Positions 38,640 to 48,092 of a stretch of 64,000 nt of DNA are shown here, one piece after another. Origin of the DNA: Pseudomonadota bacterium (GTDB lineage: Archaea; Thermoplasmatota; SW-10-69-26; JACQPN01; JAJPHT01); assembly GCA_021325135.1 (NCBI GenBank), contig JAJPHT010000013.1, forward strand, positions 64,001 to 128,000. Reading direction: 5' to 3'. The position numbers were made by a program, and so were the translations under genes. Under the pieces are notes generated by a model. The model was not told the origin of the DNA. It worked only from the letters and a program-made list of their open reading frames with translations, and did no database searches. The first letter of the stretch is position 1. Each line of letters starts with the position of its first letter.

Positions 38640-38767
38640 CTCGGATTCTTGGCTCAGGCAAATCCCCCCTAAGGGATCTGTCGCGTTCGTTCCCTAGGGG
38701 GAGCATCTTGGATTGGTTGTCAGCCCCATCCATACAACTCAAGCGGGCCCGGCGCCCTCCCCGGCGC

Positions 38768-39652
38768 GTGCGCCGCATCGCCGCCCTGCTCCCCCTGGAC
38801 GCCGCCGAGCGCCGGCTCCTGCCCGAGGACGCGCCGCTGGAGGAGGCGGAGGTCGCCGTGGTGGAGTCCTTCGCGGACCTGCCCGCCGGGACGTGGGCCC
38901 GCGCGCGGCGGCTGCGCTGGATCGTCTCCCTGGCGGCGGGCGCGGACCACGTCCCCTTCGCGGCGCTGCCCGCGGGGGCTCAGGTCGTCTCGCTCCACGG
39001 GCCGGGCGCCGACGCCATCGCCGAGCACGCGGTGGCGCTCCTCCTCGCGGCGCTCCGGCGCGTCCCGGCCCAGGACCGCGCGCTGCGGGCGGGCCGCTTC
39101 GAGCAGGCCCCTTCGCGGCGGGCGGCGGGCCTCTCGCTCCTGGTCCTGGGCGCGGGCGCCATCGGAGAGCGCATCGCGCGGCGGGGCGAGGCGCTGGGGA
39201 TGCGCGTGCGCGCGTGGCGCCGCGGCATGGACCTGGACGCGCTCCTGCCAGAGGCGGACGCCGTGGCCATCGCGCTGCCCCTCACGCGCGAGACCAAGGG
39301 GCTCCTCGACGCGCGGCGGCTGCGCCTGCTGCGCCCCGACGCCGCGCTGGTGAACGTCGCCCGCGGCCGCATCGTGGATCGCGACGCCCTCGCCGCGCTC
39401 CTGGAGGAGCGCCCCGCGCTCACCTACGCGACCGACGTGTGGTGGCGCTACCCCAAGGAGGGGCAGCCCTTCGACGAGCCCCTCGCCCGGCGGGAGAATG
39501 TCCTAGGCACGCCGCACGTCGCCGCGCTGGTGCCGGGGTGGAGAGAAGAGAGGGTGGCCGAGGCGGCGCGGGTGGCGCGCGCCCTGGCCCGCGGCGAGGT
39601 CCCCGACGGCTGCCGCGTCGAGGACCCCGCCGACTACGCCGGCCTCAGATGA
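38768..39652 (+). CDS. D-isomer-specific 2-hydroxyacid dehydrogenase
   Basis: AGADH, IAEHA, GAGAIG, LVNVARG, TDVW, TPHVA. Confidence 0.9.
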   Translation: MRRIAALLPLDAAERRLLPEDAPLEEAEVAVVESFADLPAGTWARARRLRWIVSLAAGADHVPFAALPAGAQVVSLHGPGADAIAEHAVALLLAALRRVPAQDRALRAGRFEQAPSRRAAGLSLLVLGAGAIGERIARRGEALGMRVRAWRRGMDLDALLPEADAVAIALPLTRETKGLLDARRLRLLRPDAALVNVARGRIVDRDALAALLEERPALTYATDVWWRYPKEGQPFDEPLARRENVLGTPHVAALVPGWREERVAEAARVARALARGEVPDGCRVEDPADYAGLR

Positions 39653-41237
39653 GGCGCGGTGCCGCGAGGCGCGGCAGCAGGGGGCTCGTCGAGCCGCCCC
39701 ACGGCAGGGGACCGATGGGCGTCGCAGGGTCCCACGTCGTGTTGTTGCCCGTCTCGTTGGCCGTGGCGTTGTCGCCCTCGACGGGGGCGGGCGTGGCGGG
39801 AACCAAGGGCGCGTCCCGCTGGTAGTACGTCACCTTCACCGCGATCCAGCCCTGCGTGAACTGCCACGCCTCGACGACGTGCTCCCCCGAGGCGAAGTTC
39901 TCGGGGAACGATGCCTGGGAGCCCGCGACGTCGCCCAAGCCGGGCGTCTGGACGAGGCTGCTCCACGCCGCGACGGTGCCCTTCTCGTTGCGCACGTCCG
40001 CGCCGCCCAGGAGCGTCGTCGCGTTGTCGCCGTCGAGGGCGACCGCCACGGGGACGTGCTGGAGCGTGAACGTCGTCGACTGGCCCGAGACGCCGGAGGG
40101 GTCGGGCGAGAAGCGGAACTCCTCGTGGCCCAGCGCGAGGTCGCGCGCCTCGCCGGAGCCGCCTTCGGGGAGCGCGTACACGGCAAGGCCGGAGGCGCGC
40201 TCGACGTAGGCCACGTACTCGCCGGCCATGGGCAGCGAGATCGTGGAGCGGCCGCCGTTGGTGGAGTTGAGCCTGACCTCCTGGAGCAGCTTGTCCTCGG
40301 GCGAGTAGACGAGGATGCGGTCATCGACGCGCGTGCCGTTGCTCCCCGCCTTGGGGTCGGAGAGCGCGAGGGGCCCAGGCTGCGCCTGGAACGCGTAGGC
40401 GTGCCCCTCGCCCAGGCGCAGCGGCGCGGGAGCGGGGGCGGGCGCGGGCGCCGGGGGCGTCCCGGTCGGGGCCGGCGGCGCGGCGGGCGCGTCCACGACG
40501 GGCTCCACCTTCGGGGGCTGGAGCGAGAGGGCCGCCAGGTAGAGCGTGCCCTGGAAGGACTTCGCGTGCGCGGTCGCCGTGTAGGACGCGCCCTCCACGT
40601 TGGCGAACGTGCTCGCGCGGTGGCCGCTCTGGTCGGTGAAGACCCCAGGAGAGAACGCGCTGCCCGACTCGTCCGCGACGGTGAGCACGCTGCCCTTGAG
40701 GCTCGCCACGTCGGCGTTGAGCCCTTGGACGCTGCCCTCGTAGAGGAGCGTCACGAACATGGGCGGCGCCTTGAACGTGGCCGTCATGGCCTTGTCCAGC
40801 GCGGCGGGCTCGTCGAAGGAGGCGATGGCCACGTCCTCGCGCTGGAGGGGAAGCGGCTGGAGCGCGGGGGTGGGCGCCTTGGCGCTGTTCACCGCGACGT
40901 GGAGCGCGCCGTCCTTCAACGCGTAGACGTAGAGGACGTAGGTGCCCGTCTGGGGCGAGGCGAGGTCCGCCGCCGGGAGCGAGGCGTCCAGCGAGTAGAA
41001 CCCGACCTTCGCGCCGAAGGGGTCGTAGAGCGCCAGCGCGGCGCTGCCGTTGCCGTCGTACTTCACCTCAAGGCCCTTCGCGTCGGGCGGGACCTGGAGG
41101 CCGTAGGCGTGCCCGGCGTAGACGTCGCCGGTGTACGCGTGCCAATCCGCCGCGTTGGCGGTGCCGAAGGCGTAGAGCGCGACGCCGCCCGCCATCGCCA
41201 TGGCGAGGGCCGCGGCCAGAACGTGGTTGCGTTGCAT
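39645..41237 (-). CDS. Large secreted hypothetical protein with two related beta-rich halves
   Basis: Signal peptide; GHAY.....LY.P...Y repeated either side of a PA-rich linker. Confidence 0.75.
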   Translation of the reverse strand: MQRNHVLAAALAMAMAGGVALYAFGTANAADWHAYTGDVYAGHAYGLQVPPDAKGLEVKYDGNGSAALALYDPFGAKVGFYSLDASLPAADLASPQTGTYVLYVYALKDGALHVAVNSAKAPTPALQPLPLQREDVAIASFDEPAALDKAMTATFKAPPMFVTLLYEGSVQGLNADVASLKGSVLTVADESGSAFSPGVFTDQSGHRASTFANVEGASYTATAHAKSFQGTLYLAALSLQPPKVEPVVDAPAAPPAPTGTPPAPAPAPAPAPLRLGEGHAYAFQAQPGPLALSDPKAGSNGTRVDDRILVYSPEDKLLQEVRLNSTNGGRSTISLPMAGEYVAYVERASGLAVYALPEGGSGEARDLALGHEEFRFSPDPSGVSGQSTTFTLQHVPVAVALDGDNATTLLGGADVRNEKGTVAAWSSLVQTPGLGDVAGSQASFPENFASGEHVVEAWQFTQGWIAVKVTYYQRDAPLVPATPAPVEGDNATANETGNNTTWDPATPIGPLPWGGSTSPLLPRLAAPRLI

Positions 41238-41366
41238 GGTGGGGCTCACTGGCCCGCGCCACGGACGTGACGACCATGAAGAGGCTGGTCGAGGCGTTGA
41301 AACGCGCGCCTTGCCGCGAAGATCGTTTCAACGACGCGACCACCGGGATTATCTTCGAGAGGGCCG

Positions 41367-42464
41367 ATGCGCCGCTCCGGAGTGGAGGCCTTGATCCCTC
41401 GTGCCCTCGCGGCGAGCGCGCTCGCCCTCGTCGCCCTCGCGTCGCCCACCGCGCTGGCGTTCGCCCTGGACGCGGACCTCCACGTCGTGGTCCCCGTCTC
41501 GCTCCACGAGTCCATCCCCGTCGACCTCCCCGTGGCGGGCGTCGTCGAGGCCCCGCCCGCGACCGCGGACCGCATGGTGGATCGCGCCGAGGCCGCGCTC
41601 TTCGAGCCCGCCGACGCGCAGCAGGACCCGCAGGAGGGCTCACCGGAGGCGGGCGCGCAGCCGCAGGACGCGCCCGCGCCCATCCTGGCGGCGGGCATCC
41701 CGCTCCCCCTCGCCACCGTGGGCGCCATCCCCGTGCTGCGCGACCTGGGCCAGCCGCTCCCCATGGGGCTCGGCCCGCTGCTGGAGGGCGCGCCCGCCCC
41801 CGCCGCGGCGCCCGCGGCTCCTCCCCCCGCGGCCATCGCCCCCCAGGCCGAGGCCGTGACGCTCGCGCCGCCCCCCTCGCCCGTCTCCGTGGGCGCCTCC
41901 CTCGCCGCGGTCGCCGCCGTGGGCGCCGCCGCCCCCGCCCTCTTCGGCTGGGACCGCCTGAGGCGCTTCCTGCTGCCGCTGGCGCTCTACACGCGCATCG
42001 CCAAGGAGCGCCTCCTGGACCACGGCAGCCGCGAGAAGCTCCTCCTCGCCATCCGCGAGCGGCCGGGCCTCCCCGTCGCCGACCTCGCCTCCGGGACCGG
42101 CGTCCCGCGCAACACCGCGACGTACCACCTGCGCCGCCTCGAGCGCGAGGGGCTCGTCGTCTCGCAGCGCTCGGGCCGCGTGCGCGTCTGGTTCCTCGTG
42201 GGAGGCGACGCGCGCCGCGACGAGGCCCCCGCCTACGCCGCGCTGCGCCACGGGGTGACCCGCGCCATCGCCATGCAGGTCGCGGCCCAGCCCGGCGTCG
42301 ACCAGCAGGCCCTCTGCGCGCGCTTCGGCCTCGCGCCCAGCCTCGCCCATTGGCACGTCGACCGCCTTCTGCAGACGGGCCTCGTGCGCAAGGAGCGCGA
42401 CGGCCGCCACGTCCGCTACTACCCCACCGAGGGCCTGCCCCGCGTGGCGGCCCTCACCGGCTGA
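41367..42464 (+). CDS. Membrane-anchored tandem winged-helix transcription factor
   Basis: Signal-like N-terminus, Pro-rich linker, TM, LYTRI...LLDH.SR...PG...YHL..LE, second wHTH; start uncertain. Confidence 0.8.
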   Translation: MRRSGVEALIPRALAASALALVALASPTALAFALDADLHVVVPVSLHESIPVDLPVAGVVEAPPATADRMVDRAEAALFEPADAQQDPQEGSPEAGAQPQDAPAPILAAGIPLPLATVGAIPVLRDLGQPLPMGLGPLLEGAPAPAAAPAAPPPAAIAPQAEAVTLAPPPSPVSVGASLAAVAAVGAAAPALFGWDRLRRFLLPLALYTRIAKERLLDHGSREKLLLAIRERPGLPVADLASGTGVPRNTATYHLRRLEREGLVVSQRSGRVRVWFLVGGDARRDEAPAYAALRHGVTRAIAMQVAAQPGVDQQALCARFGLAPSLAHWHVDRLLQTGLVRKERDGRHVRYYPTEGLPRVAALTG

Positions 42465-43268
42465 TCAGCGGCCGAACAGGCCGCGCTGCCGCGGCGTGTA
42501 GAAGCGCCAGGTGTAGCGGGGCGCGAAGCCCAGGTCCAGGTAGAAGCCCTCCACGAACCCCTCGGGAGCGACCTGGAGCGTGACGACCTCGGCATCGCGG
42601 GCATCCTCCAGCGCGCGGGCCAGCATCGCGCGGGCGAGCCCCTGCCGCCGGGCCGAGCGCACGGTGCCCACGTTGTAGATGCCCGCGACGCCGTCCAGAA
42701 CGGCGAGGAGCGTCGTCGCGACGATCTCGCCGTCGCGCTCCACGACGTAGAGCTTCGCTCCGGCGCGGCGCCACGCCTCGGTCATGTCGAGGAGCGCGGG
42801 GTAGAAGCGCCGCGGCATGCGGAAGACCTCCATGAGGACGTCCGTGAAGGCGGGCACCTCGGAGGGCTCCGCGAGGCGCACGCCGGCGTCGGCGGGCGGC
42901 TCCTCCAGGGGTCCCGGCTCGCGGACGAGCACGTCCAGCGTGCTCGCGCAGGTGAAGCCGCGGGAGACCAGCTCGCCGTGCCAGCGCTGCGTGTCGCGGA
43001 ACGTGGAGAGCACGACGCTCCACGAGCAGTCGCGCTCGGCGAAGAAGGCGGTCGCCTCCTCGGAGACGCGCTGCACGTCCAGGGGGTCCGCGCCCTCGAC
43101 GACGGCGCGGTTCATGGTGGGCGCGTCCAGCCCCGCGACGCCGGTGAGGAACCAGCCGTCGCGCGAGCGCCCGAAGTGACGGCTCGTCGTGCGCGTGAGC
43201 GCATAGTACGCCGCGTCGAGGCGGGACGCCAGCGCGTCCTCGGGCCACGGCTCGCCGCTCTGGAGCAC
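42465..43268 (-). CDS. GNAT acetyltransferase
   Basis: GIYNVGTV.SARRQGLA, FY.DLGF. Confidence 0.85.
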   Translation of the reverse strand: MLQSGEPWPEDALASRLDAAYYALTRTTSRHFGRSRDGWFLTGVAGLDAPTMNRAVVEGADPLDVQRVSEEATAFFAERDCSWSVVLSTFRDTQRWHGELVSRGFTCASTLDVLVREPGPLEEPPADAGVRLAEPSEVPAFTDVLMEVFRMPRRFYPALLDMTEAWRRAGAKLYVVERDGEIVATTLLAVLDGVAGIYNVGTVRSARRQGLARAMLARALEDARDAEVVTLQVAPEGFVEGFYLDLGFAPRYTWRFYTPRQRGLFGR

Positions 43269-43319
43269 GCCCCACGATAAGCGTCCCCCGCCTTGAAGCC
43301 GCGCGCCTCGCGAGGGCTC

Positions 43320-43655
43320 ATGCACGCGGCCGCCGCTGGCCCGTCCGTGGACCCGCAGCGGCTTGAAGCGGTCGAGGCCGACCTCGTCTCCTGGGGCCTC
43401 CTGGAGCGCCAGGAGGGCCTCCACCCCACGCGGCGCTTCCGGGGCGCCCTCGCCCGCGCCGCCGCGGAGCTGGCCGTCGTGGAGAGGCGCGAAGGGCGCC
43501 CCGCGGGCAACCCCGTGGAGCACATCGTCCTGCGCGCGCTGCGCGACCACCCCCTCCCCCTGGGGGCGAAGGTGGAGCGCGACCACGAGAGGTTCCTCGT
43601 CGCGCTGGAGATCGCGTCGCTGCCGGAGGGCGTGCGGCAGGCGTTGGGCCTCTAA
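43320..43655 (+). CDS. Hypothetical protein
   Basis: High GC3; PTRRFRGALARAA. Confidence 0.6.
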   Translation: MHAAAAGPSVDPQRLEAVEADLVSWGLLERQEGLHPTRRFRGALARAAAELAVVERREGRPAGNPVEHIVLRALRDHPLPLGAKVERDHERFLVALEIASLPEGVRQALGL

Positions 43656-44146
43656 CGCGCGCGGCTGGGCATGGCGCCGCCCGGCTTGGAGGGCGCCGCG
43701 CCCGCCTTCTGCCGGAGGTGGCTCACGATCTGGTCCAGATCGCGGTCGAACGTCTCCGGGTCCATGGCGGTGCCGTTGAGGATCGTGCTCCCTTCGCGCG
43801 TGAGCGCCGCCATGAAGACGGCCTCCTGGATCTCCTGCTCGGTCGCGCCGTGGAGCCGCGCGGCCTCGGTGTGGAAGAGCACGCAGTAGTGGCAGGGGAT
43901 CTGCGACGCGACGCCCAGGCCGATGAGCTCCTTCACCTTGCCTGGCAGCGCCGTCGCGTCCGACAGCTGGAAGTCGCGCATCGCGCTCCACCAGAGCTTC
44001 GTCTGGGCGGGCTGGAGGACGCGGGTCATCGCCGGCACGAACCCGAACGTCTCGGTCAATTCCTGTCGCAGGTCGGGGGGAAGGCTGCTTTCAGCCACGA
44101 GGTTGCTCGTGGAACCACCGCGCTTCCCACGGCGGCGAAGGAGCAT
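43652..44146 (-). CDS. Carboxymuconolactone decarboxylase/AhpD family protein
   Basis: FGFVP, KELIGLGVASQIPCHYC..H, GATEQEI; start may be about 44098. Confidence 0.88.
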   Translation of the reverse strand: MLLRRRGKRGGSTSNLVAESSLPPDLRQELTETFGFVPAMTRVLQPAQTKLWWSAMRDFQLSDATALPGKVKELIGLGVASQIPCHYCVLFHTEAARLHGATEQEIQEAVFMAALTREGSTILNGTAMDPETFDRDLDQIVSHLRQKAGAAPSKPGGAMPSRAR

Positions 44147-44162
44147 ATCCTCGCGGCCAGCC

Positions 44163-44795
44163 CTACGAGCCCAGCAGGTGGCGGAGCACGGGCCGCATGT
44201 CTGTCCCCTCGACGACGTGGCGCGCGCGGCGGCGGACGACGTCGTCGCTGGGGTTGAACGCGACGCCGAAGCCCGTCTCGCGGAACATGGGCACGTCGTA
44301 GGCGCTGTTGCCCACCGACGCGGTGCGCTCGCGGGGCACGCCCAGCTTGCGCAGGATCTCCCGCGCCATCTTGCCCTTGTCGTTGATCTCGACCCAGACG
44401 ATCCCGTCTCCGTGGACGTGGCCCGTCTCCTTGAGCCGGAGGCCGTTGGCGACGTACATGTCGATGCCCAGGTCCACGCACACGCGCCGCGCGAGGATGT
44501 CGAGGCCGCCCGAGAGGATGCACGTCGCGACGCCCGCGCGCCGCAGGCTGTCCACCACCTCGCGGGCGCCCTCCATGAGGGGCGCGCGGTCCAGCACGCG
44601 CTCGATCTCGGAGACGTGGACCTCGCGCCCCTTCCAGAGCGCGACGTCGCTGCGGATGAACGCGTGGTCGTCCAGCAGCCCGCGCTGATAGGCCTGCCAG
44701 TTGGACTCATTGCTCACGCCGAAGGCCTCGTGGAGCATCTCCCACGCGCTGCCGTGGACGAGCGTCCCGTCCATGTCGAAGAGGACCAGCTCCAT
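44163..44795 (-). CDS. HAD-IB phosphatase (phosphoserine-phosphatase-like)
   Basis: FDMDGTL, LSGG, K, VGNS.YD.PM. Confidence 0.9.
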   Translation of the reverse strand: MELVLFDMDGTLVHGSAWEMLHEAFGVSNESNWQAYQRGLLDDHAFIRSDVALWKGREVHVSEIERVLDRAPLMEGAREVVDSLRRAGVATCILSGGLDILARRVCVDLGIDMYVANGLRLKETGHVHGDGIVWVEINDKGKMAREILRKLGVPRERTASVGNSAYDVPMFRETGFGVAFNPSDDVVRRRARHVVEGTDMRPVLRHLLGS

Positions 44796-45015
44796 CCCTT
44801 CGCGCCGCCGGTCGACGTCCTCCCACGCGCTGGCGTGCCGCGTCGAGACCACCTGGAGCCAGCCATCCGCCAGGGGGATGGGCTCGCGGGCGCTGCGATG
44901 CGTGGGCGTGGGCATCGGGACTCCCGAGCCCGCCGCTCGCCTTCAGCGTTGCTCAAGGGGCGCCGGGTTGAAGAAAGGGTTAAGAAAGGCCCCCGCGAGT
45001 CATCGCGCGTCCTCC

Positions 45016-45429
45016 ATGCCCCGCGCCCAGAACAAGGCGGCGTCCATCCGCCGGTCCATCCAGGTGGGCGCGGGCCCTGCGAAGGTGTATGACGCCTTCC
45101 GCACGGGCGAGGCCCTCTCCACGTGGTACATGGACGGCACCACGTCGGAGTTCCGCGAGGGCGGCGCCATGTCCTTCGACGGCCCCGAGGGGAGCGTGCG
45201 CGCGACCTTCGTCGAGCTTCGCGAGGACGAGCGCATCGTCATGGAGTACCACGCCCCCTGGTGGGGCACCGTGACGTGGGAGATCGTCGCGACCCCCAAG
45301 GGCAGCCGCGTGACCCTCACCCACGAAGGCTTCGAAGGCCGCGAGGAGTGGCTCGACCGCTTCACCTGGGGTTGGGAATCCTTTCTGAAGGCCCTGAAAG
45401 CGTTTGTCGAAGGCCGGCCGATCAAGTAG
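45016..45429 (+). CDS. SRPBCC/AHSA1 domain protein
   Basis: P.KVYDAF...L..W, VTLTHEGF, GWESFL.ALKAFVE. Confidence 0.88.
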   Translation: MPRAQNKAASIRRSIQVGAGPAKVYDAFRTGEALSTWYMDGTTSEFREGGAMSFDGPEGSVRATFVELREDERIVMEYHAPWWGTVTWEIVATPKGSRVTLTHEGFEGREEWLDRFTWGWESFLKALKAFVEGRPIK

Positions 45430-45601
45430 GCAACGTGCGATGCCTGTCGCCCCCGGAGCCGCGCGAAGCGCGGCGGAGCGGGGCGCGCAGGGCGCATTGC
45501 GCCGCTGGTGCGCCAGCGGTGGCCTGGACCGCTTCACCTGGGGTTGGGAATCCTTTCTGAAGGCCCTGAAGGCGTTTGTCGAGGGCCGGCCGATCAAGTA
45601 A
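45352..45601 (+). repeat. 78-bp direct repeat (45352-45429 / 45524-45601) of the SRPBCC 3' end flanking REP-like copy B (45442-45519)
   Basis: 4 mismatches, all at third codon positions. Confidence 0.9.
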
Positions 45602-45651
45602 GAGTCGCAAGGGCCGCGAACGCTTATCTTGCGCCCACGGGCTGGGCGAGC

Positions 45652-46194
45652 GTGCCCCGCGCGCTCCGTGCCGTGCTCCTGCTGGGCTCCCTTCTCGCGC
45701 TGGGCGTCGCCGCGATCCTCTGGGGCCCGTTCCTGGTGCGGGACCAGATCGAGGGCGCGGGAGGGCCATTCGGCCAGTGGGTCCGCGCCGCGGGCCTCCT
45801 CGCCATCGCGTTGGCCGCGGTCAGCCTGGGGCGGCGCACGCTCCTGCCGCGGCTGGCGCGGGCCCTCCCGGAGCGGCGCGAGACGCTGCGCCGTCTCGGG
45901 CGGACCCTGCAACGCGACGGTGATATCATCCACCTGACGGCGGGCTTCCTGACGCTGGGCCTCGGGCTCCTCCACGCCTGGTACTCGCCCAGCCTCAATC
46001 CGCTCATCTGGGCAGGCTTCGGCTGCCTCGCCCTCCTCGTCGCCATGGGCGTCGGGCTGCAATGGGGGTTCCTGCCGGTCCTTCTGCGGCGCCCCGTCGC
46101 GGCGCGGAACGCCAAGTGGGCGCTCACCCTCGCGGCCACCGTCCTCATCGTCTGGGGGCACGCGCAGCTGCCGCTCCCGCCGGGCGCTCGCTAG
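45652..46194 (+). CDS. Hypothetical membrane protein (5 TM, His residues, cytochrome-b-like layout)
   Basis: IHL..G...GLLHA and WGH in TM helices. Confidence 0.65.
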   Translation: MPRALRAVLLLGSLLALGVAAILWGPFLVRDQIEGAGGPFGQWVRAAGLLAIALAAVSLGRRTLLPRLARALPERRETLRRLGRTLQRDGDIIHLTAGFLTLGLGLLHAWYSPSLNPLIWAGFGCLALLVAMGVGLQWGFLPVLLRRPVAARNAKWALTLAATVLIVWGHAQLPLPPGAR

Positions 46195-47012
46195 GGCCTG
46201 GCCGTCCACACGCGCTGCCCGCCGTCGCGGTCTTCCTCCACGCTGCGGAACGCGCCGCGCAGCGCCCGCGTCACGGCCGCCGAGGGCGGCGCCTGCGCCA
46301 CGTCGGGGAAGAGGCGCTCCTGCTCCTGCGCGAGGAAGTCCACGAAGGGGTCCACGCCGCGCGGCAGCGGCGCGGGCGCCACGGCGTGCAGCGTGCCCGC
46401 GGGTGATAGCACGCGCGCCCACTCGCGGGCGCAGCGGGCGAGGCTGCGCGCGGGGGGAAGCTCGTTGACGAAGAGGAGGCGCACGTGCGCGTCGCGCAGC
46501 GGGACCGCGCTCCAGGTGCCCTCCAGCGCGACGAGCCCCGCGGGAGGACGCGGCGGCGTCGGCACGCCGGGCGGCAGCACGAGGTAGGTCTGCCGCGGCA
46601 GGGCGCGGGCGTAGGCGCCCAGGATGCGAAGCTCCACCGCGCCGACGCGCGAGCCCGACACCATGGCGACGGGGCCCGCGGGAGGGCGCCACGCGCCGCC
46701 GCCCGAGCCGCCGCGGCGCTGCGAGGCGTGGTACGCGCCCATGAGCCGGTCCAGCGCCTCGCGAAGCTCCTCGCGCAACGCCTCCTCGCCGCGCGCCGCG
46801 AGGCGATAGACGCGCCGCGGCGGGCCCTGCCCCCGGGCCTCGGACGAGGCGAGGAGGCCCGCCTCCTCCAGGCGCGCGAGGCGGCGGTACACCGTCGCGC
46901 GGTCCGCGCCCTCGCCCTCCGCCGCAAGCTGCGCCGCGATCGCGTAGGCGTGGGAGGGCCGAGCCCGCACGAGGCGGAGGATGCGCAGGTCCCGCTGGCT
47001 CGTCGCATCCAT
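46191..47012 (-). CDS. PadR family regulator fused to a degenerate SAM-methyltransferase-like domain
   Basis: HAYAI...TVYR.L.RLE..G...RRVY.L...G; then VPLRD, EWARVLSP.G. Confidence 0.8.
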   Translation of the reverse strand: MDATSQRDLRILRLVRARPSHAYAIAAQLAAEGEGADRATVYRRLARLEEAGLLASSEARGQGPPRRVYRLAARGEEALREELREALDRLMGAYHASQRRGGSGGGAWRPPAGPVAMVSGSRVGAVELRILGAYARALPRQTYLVLPPGVPTPPRPPAGLVALEGTWSAVPLRDAHVRLLFVNELPPARSLARCAREWARVLSPAGTLHAVAPAPLPRGVDPFVDFLAQEQERLFPDVAQAPPSAAVTRALRGAFRSVEEDRDGGQRVWTARP

Positions 47013-47067
47013 GCGAATAGGTGGAGTCGCATAGATGCCTATAAGCCCCATCGCCGCTGGCCGGCGC

Positions 47068-47520
47068 ATGCGATGGCGCCACGAGGCCCTCGTCCCCGCC
47101 AGCCCCGACGCGGTCTACGCCTGGATGTCCGACTTCCGCGAGGACGACCACGCCCGCGAGGCGTTCCTGCGCGGCTCGGGCGCGAAGCCCGGCGGCGCGG
47201 CGTCGCATCGCACCGTCGTCTCCCGGGAGGGGAACCGCGTGCGGCTCCACGACGCGTGGGGCCGCCGCTCCTTCGACCTGGACGTGGAGCTTGCCCCCGA
47301 GGCGCGCGAGGTGCGCCTCACCGGCGAGTACGGCTACTCCGCCACCTGGCGCGCCGAGCCGGCCGCGGGAGACACCCGCGTCGTCGTCGAGGGCCGCCTG
47401 GAGCCCACGGGGATCATGCGCCTCCTCGCGCCCCTCTTCTCCCGCGGCATGGCCAAGCAGATGCAGGACGACTTCAACGGCCACGTCGAGGACATGCGCA
47501 GCGGCCTCACGAAGACGTGA
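47068..47520 (+). CDS. SRPBCC family protein
   Basis: ASPD.VYAW.SD, GDTRV, C-terminal helix. Confidence 0.75.
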   Translation: MRWRHEALVPASPDAVYAWMSDFREDDHAREAFLRGSGAKPGGAASHRTVVSREGNRVRLHDAWGRRSFDLDVELAPEAREVRLTGEYGYSATWRAEPAAGDTRVVVEGRLEPTGIMRLLAPLFSRGMAKQMQDDFNGHVEDMRSGLTKT

Positions 47521-48001
47521 GGAGCGCGCGCACCTTCGCCTCGATGCGCTCGGGGTGGTCGTCCCCAAGCTGGACGTGGCGAAGCTCCCCATCGCGGCCC
47601 ACGAGGTACAGGGCGGGCCAGAAGCGGTTCTTGAACGCGTCCCACGCCGCGCTGCGCCCGTCCAGCGCCACGGGGAACGCCACGCCCAGCGCGCGCACGG
47701 ACGCGCCCACCACGGCCGCGACGTCCGCGCCGAACGCCGGCTCGTGGACGCCCACCACGGCGAGCCCCAGGGGCCCATACGCGCGATGCATGGCCTCGGC
47801 CTCCAGCATCGCGGACGCGCAGCGCACGTCGTCGTGCACGAAGAAGACGATGAGCGTCACGCGCCCGCGCAGCGACGCGGGATCGACCGCGCCGCCCACC
47901 CAGCCGGTGGCGGAGCGCAGGGAGAGGAGCGGCCCGTAGAGCGGCGCCGGAGCCGGGGGCTCCAGCCAATCCGCCACCCTCGCGCGCCAGCCCGCGTCCA
48001 T
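47507..48001 (-). CDS. Thioredoxin-like/DipZ-type redoxin (single Cys)
   Basis: LRGRV.LI.F, VVGVH.P.F, FPVALD, N.FWPA.YLV. Confidence 0.8.
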   Translation of the reverse strand: MDAGWRARVADWLEPPAPAPLYGPLLSLRSATGWVGGAVDPASLRGRVTLIVFFVHDDVRCASAMLEAEAMHRAYGPLGLAVVGVHEPAFGADVAAVVGASVRALGVAFPVALDGRSAAWDAFKNRFWPALYLVGRDGELRHVQLGDDHPERIEAKVRALLTSS

Positions 48002-48092
48002 GCAGGGCCACCTCGGCGCCGACCCCTACAAGACGGTTTCCCGATGCGCCCGGGCCAGCAAAGGCTCATCAGGAGGGCGCTCCGGGGCGCTC

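Noticed and set aside
45352-45601. Diversity-generating retroelement TR/VR pair
   Set aside because: Differences are all synonymous, one is C/G rather than adenine-specific, and there is no reverse transcriptase in the window
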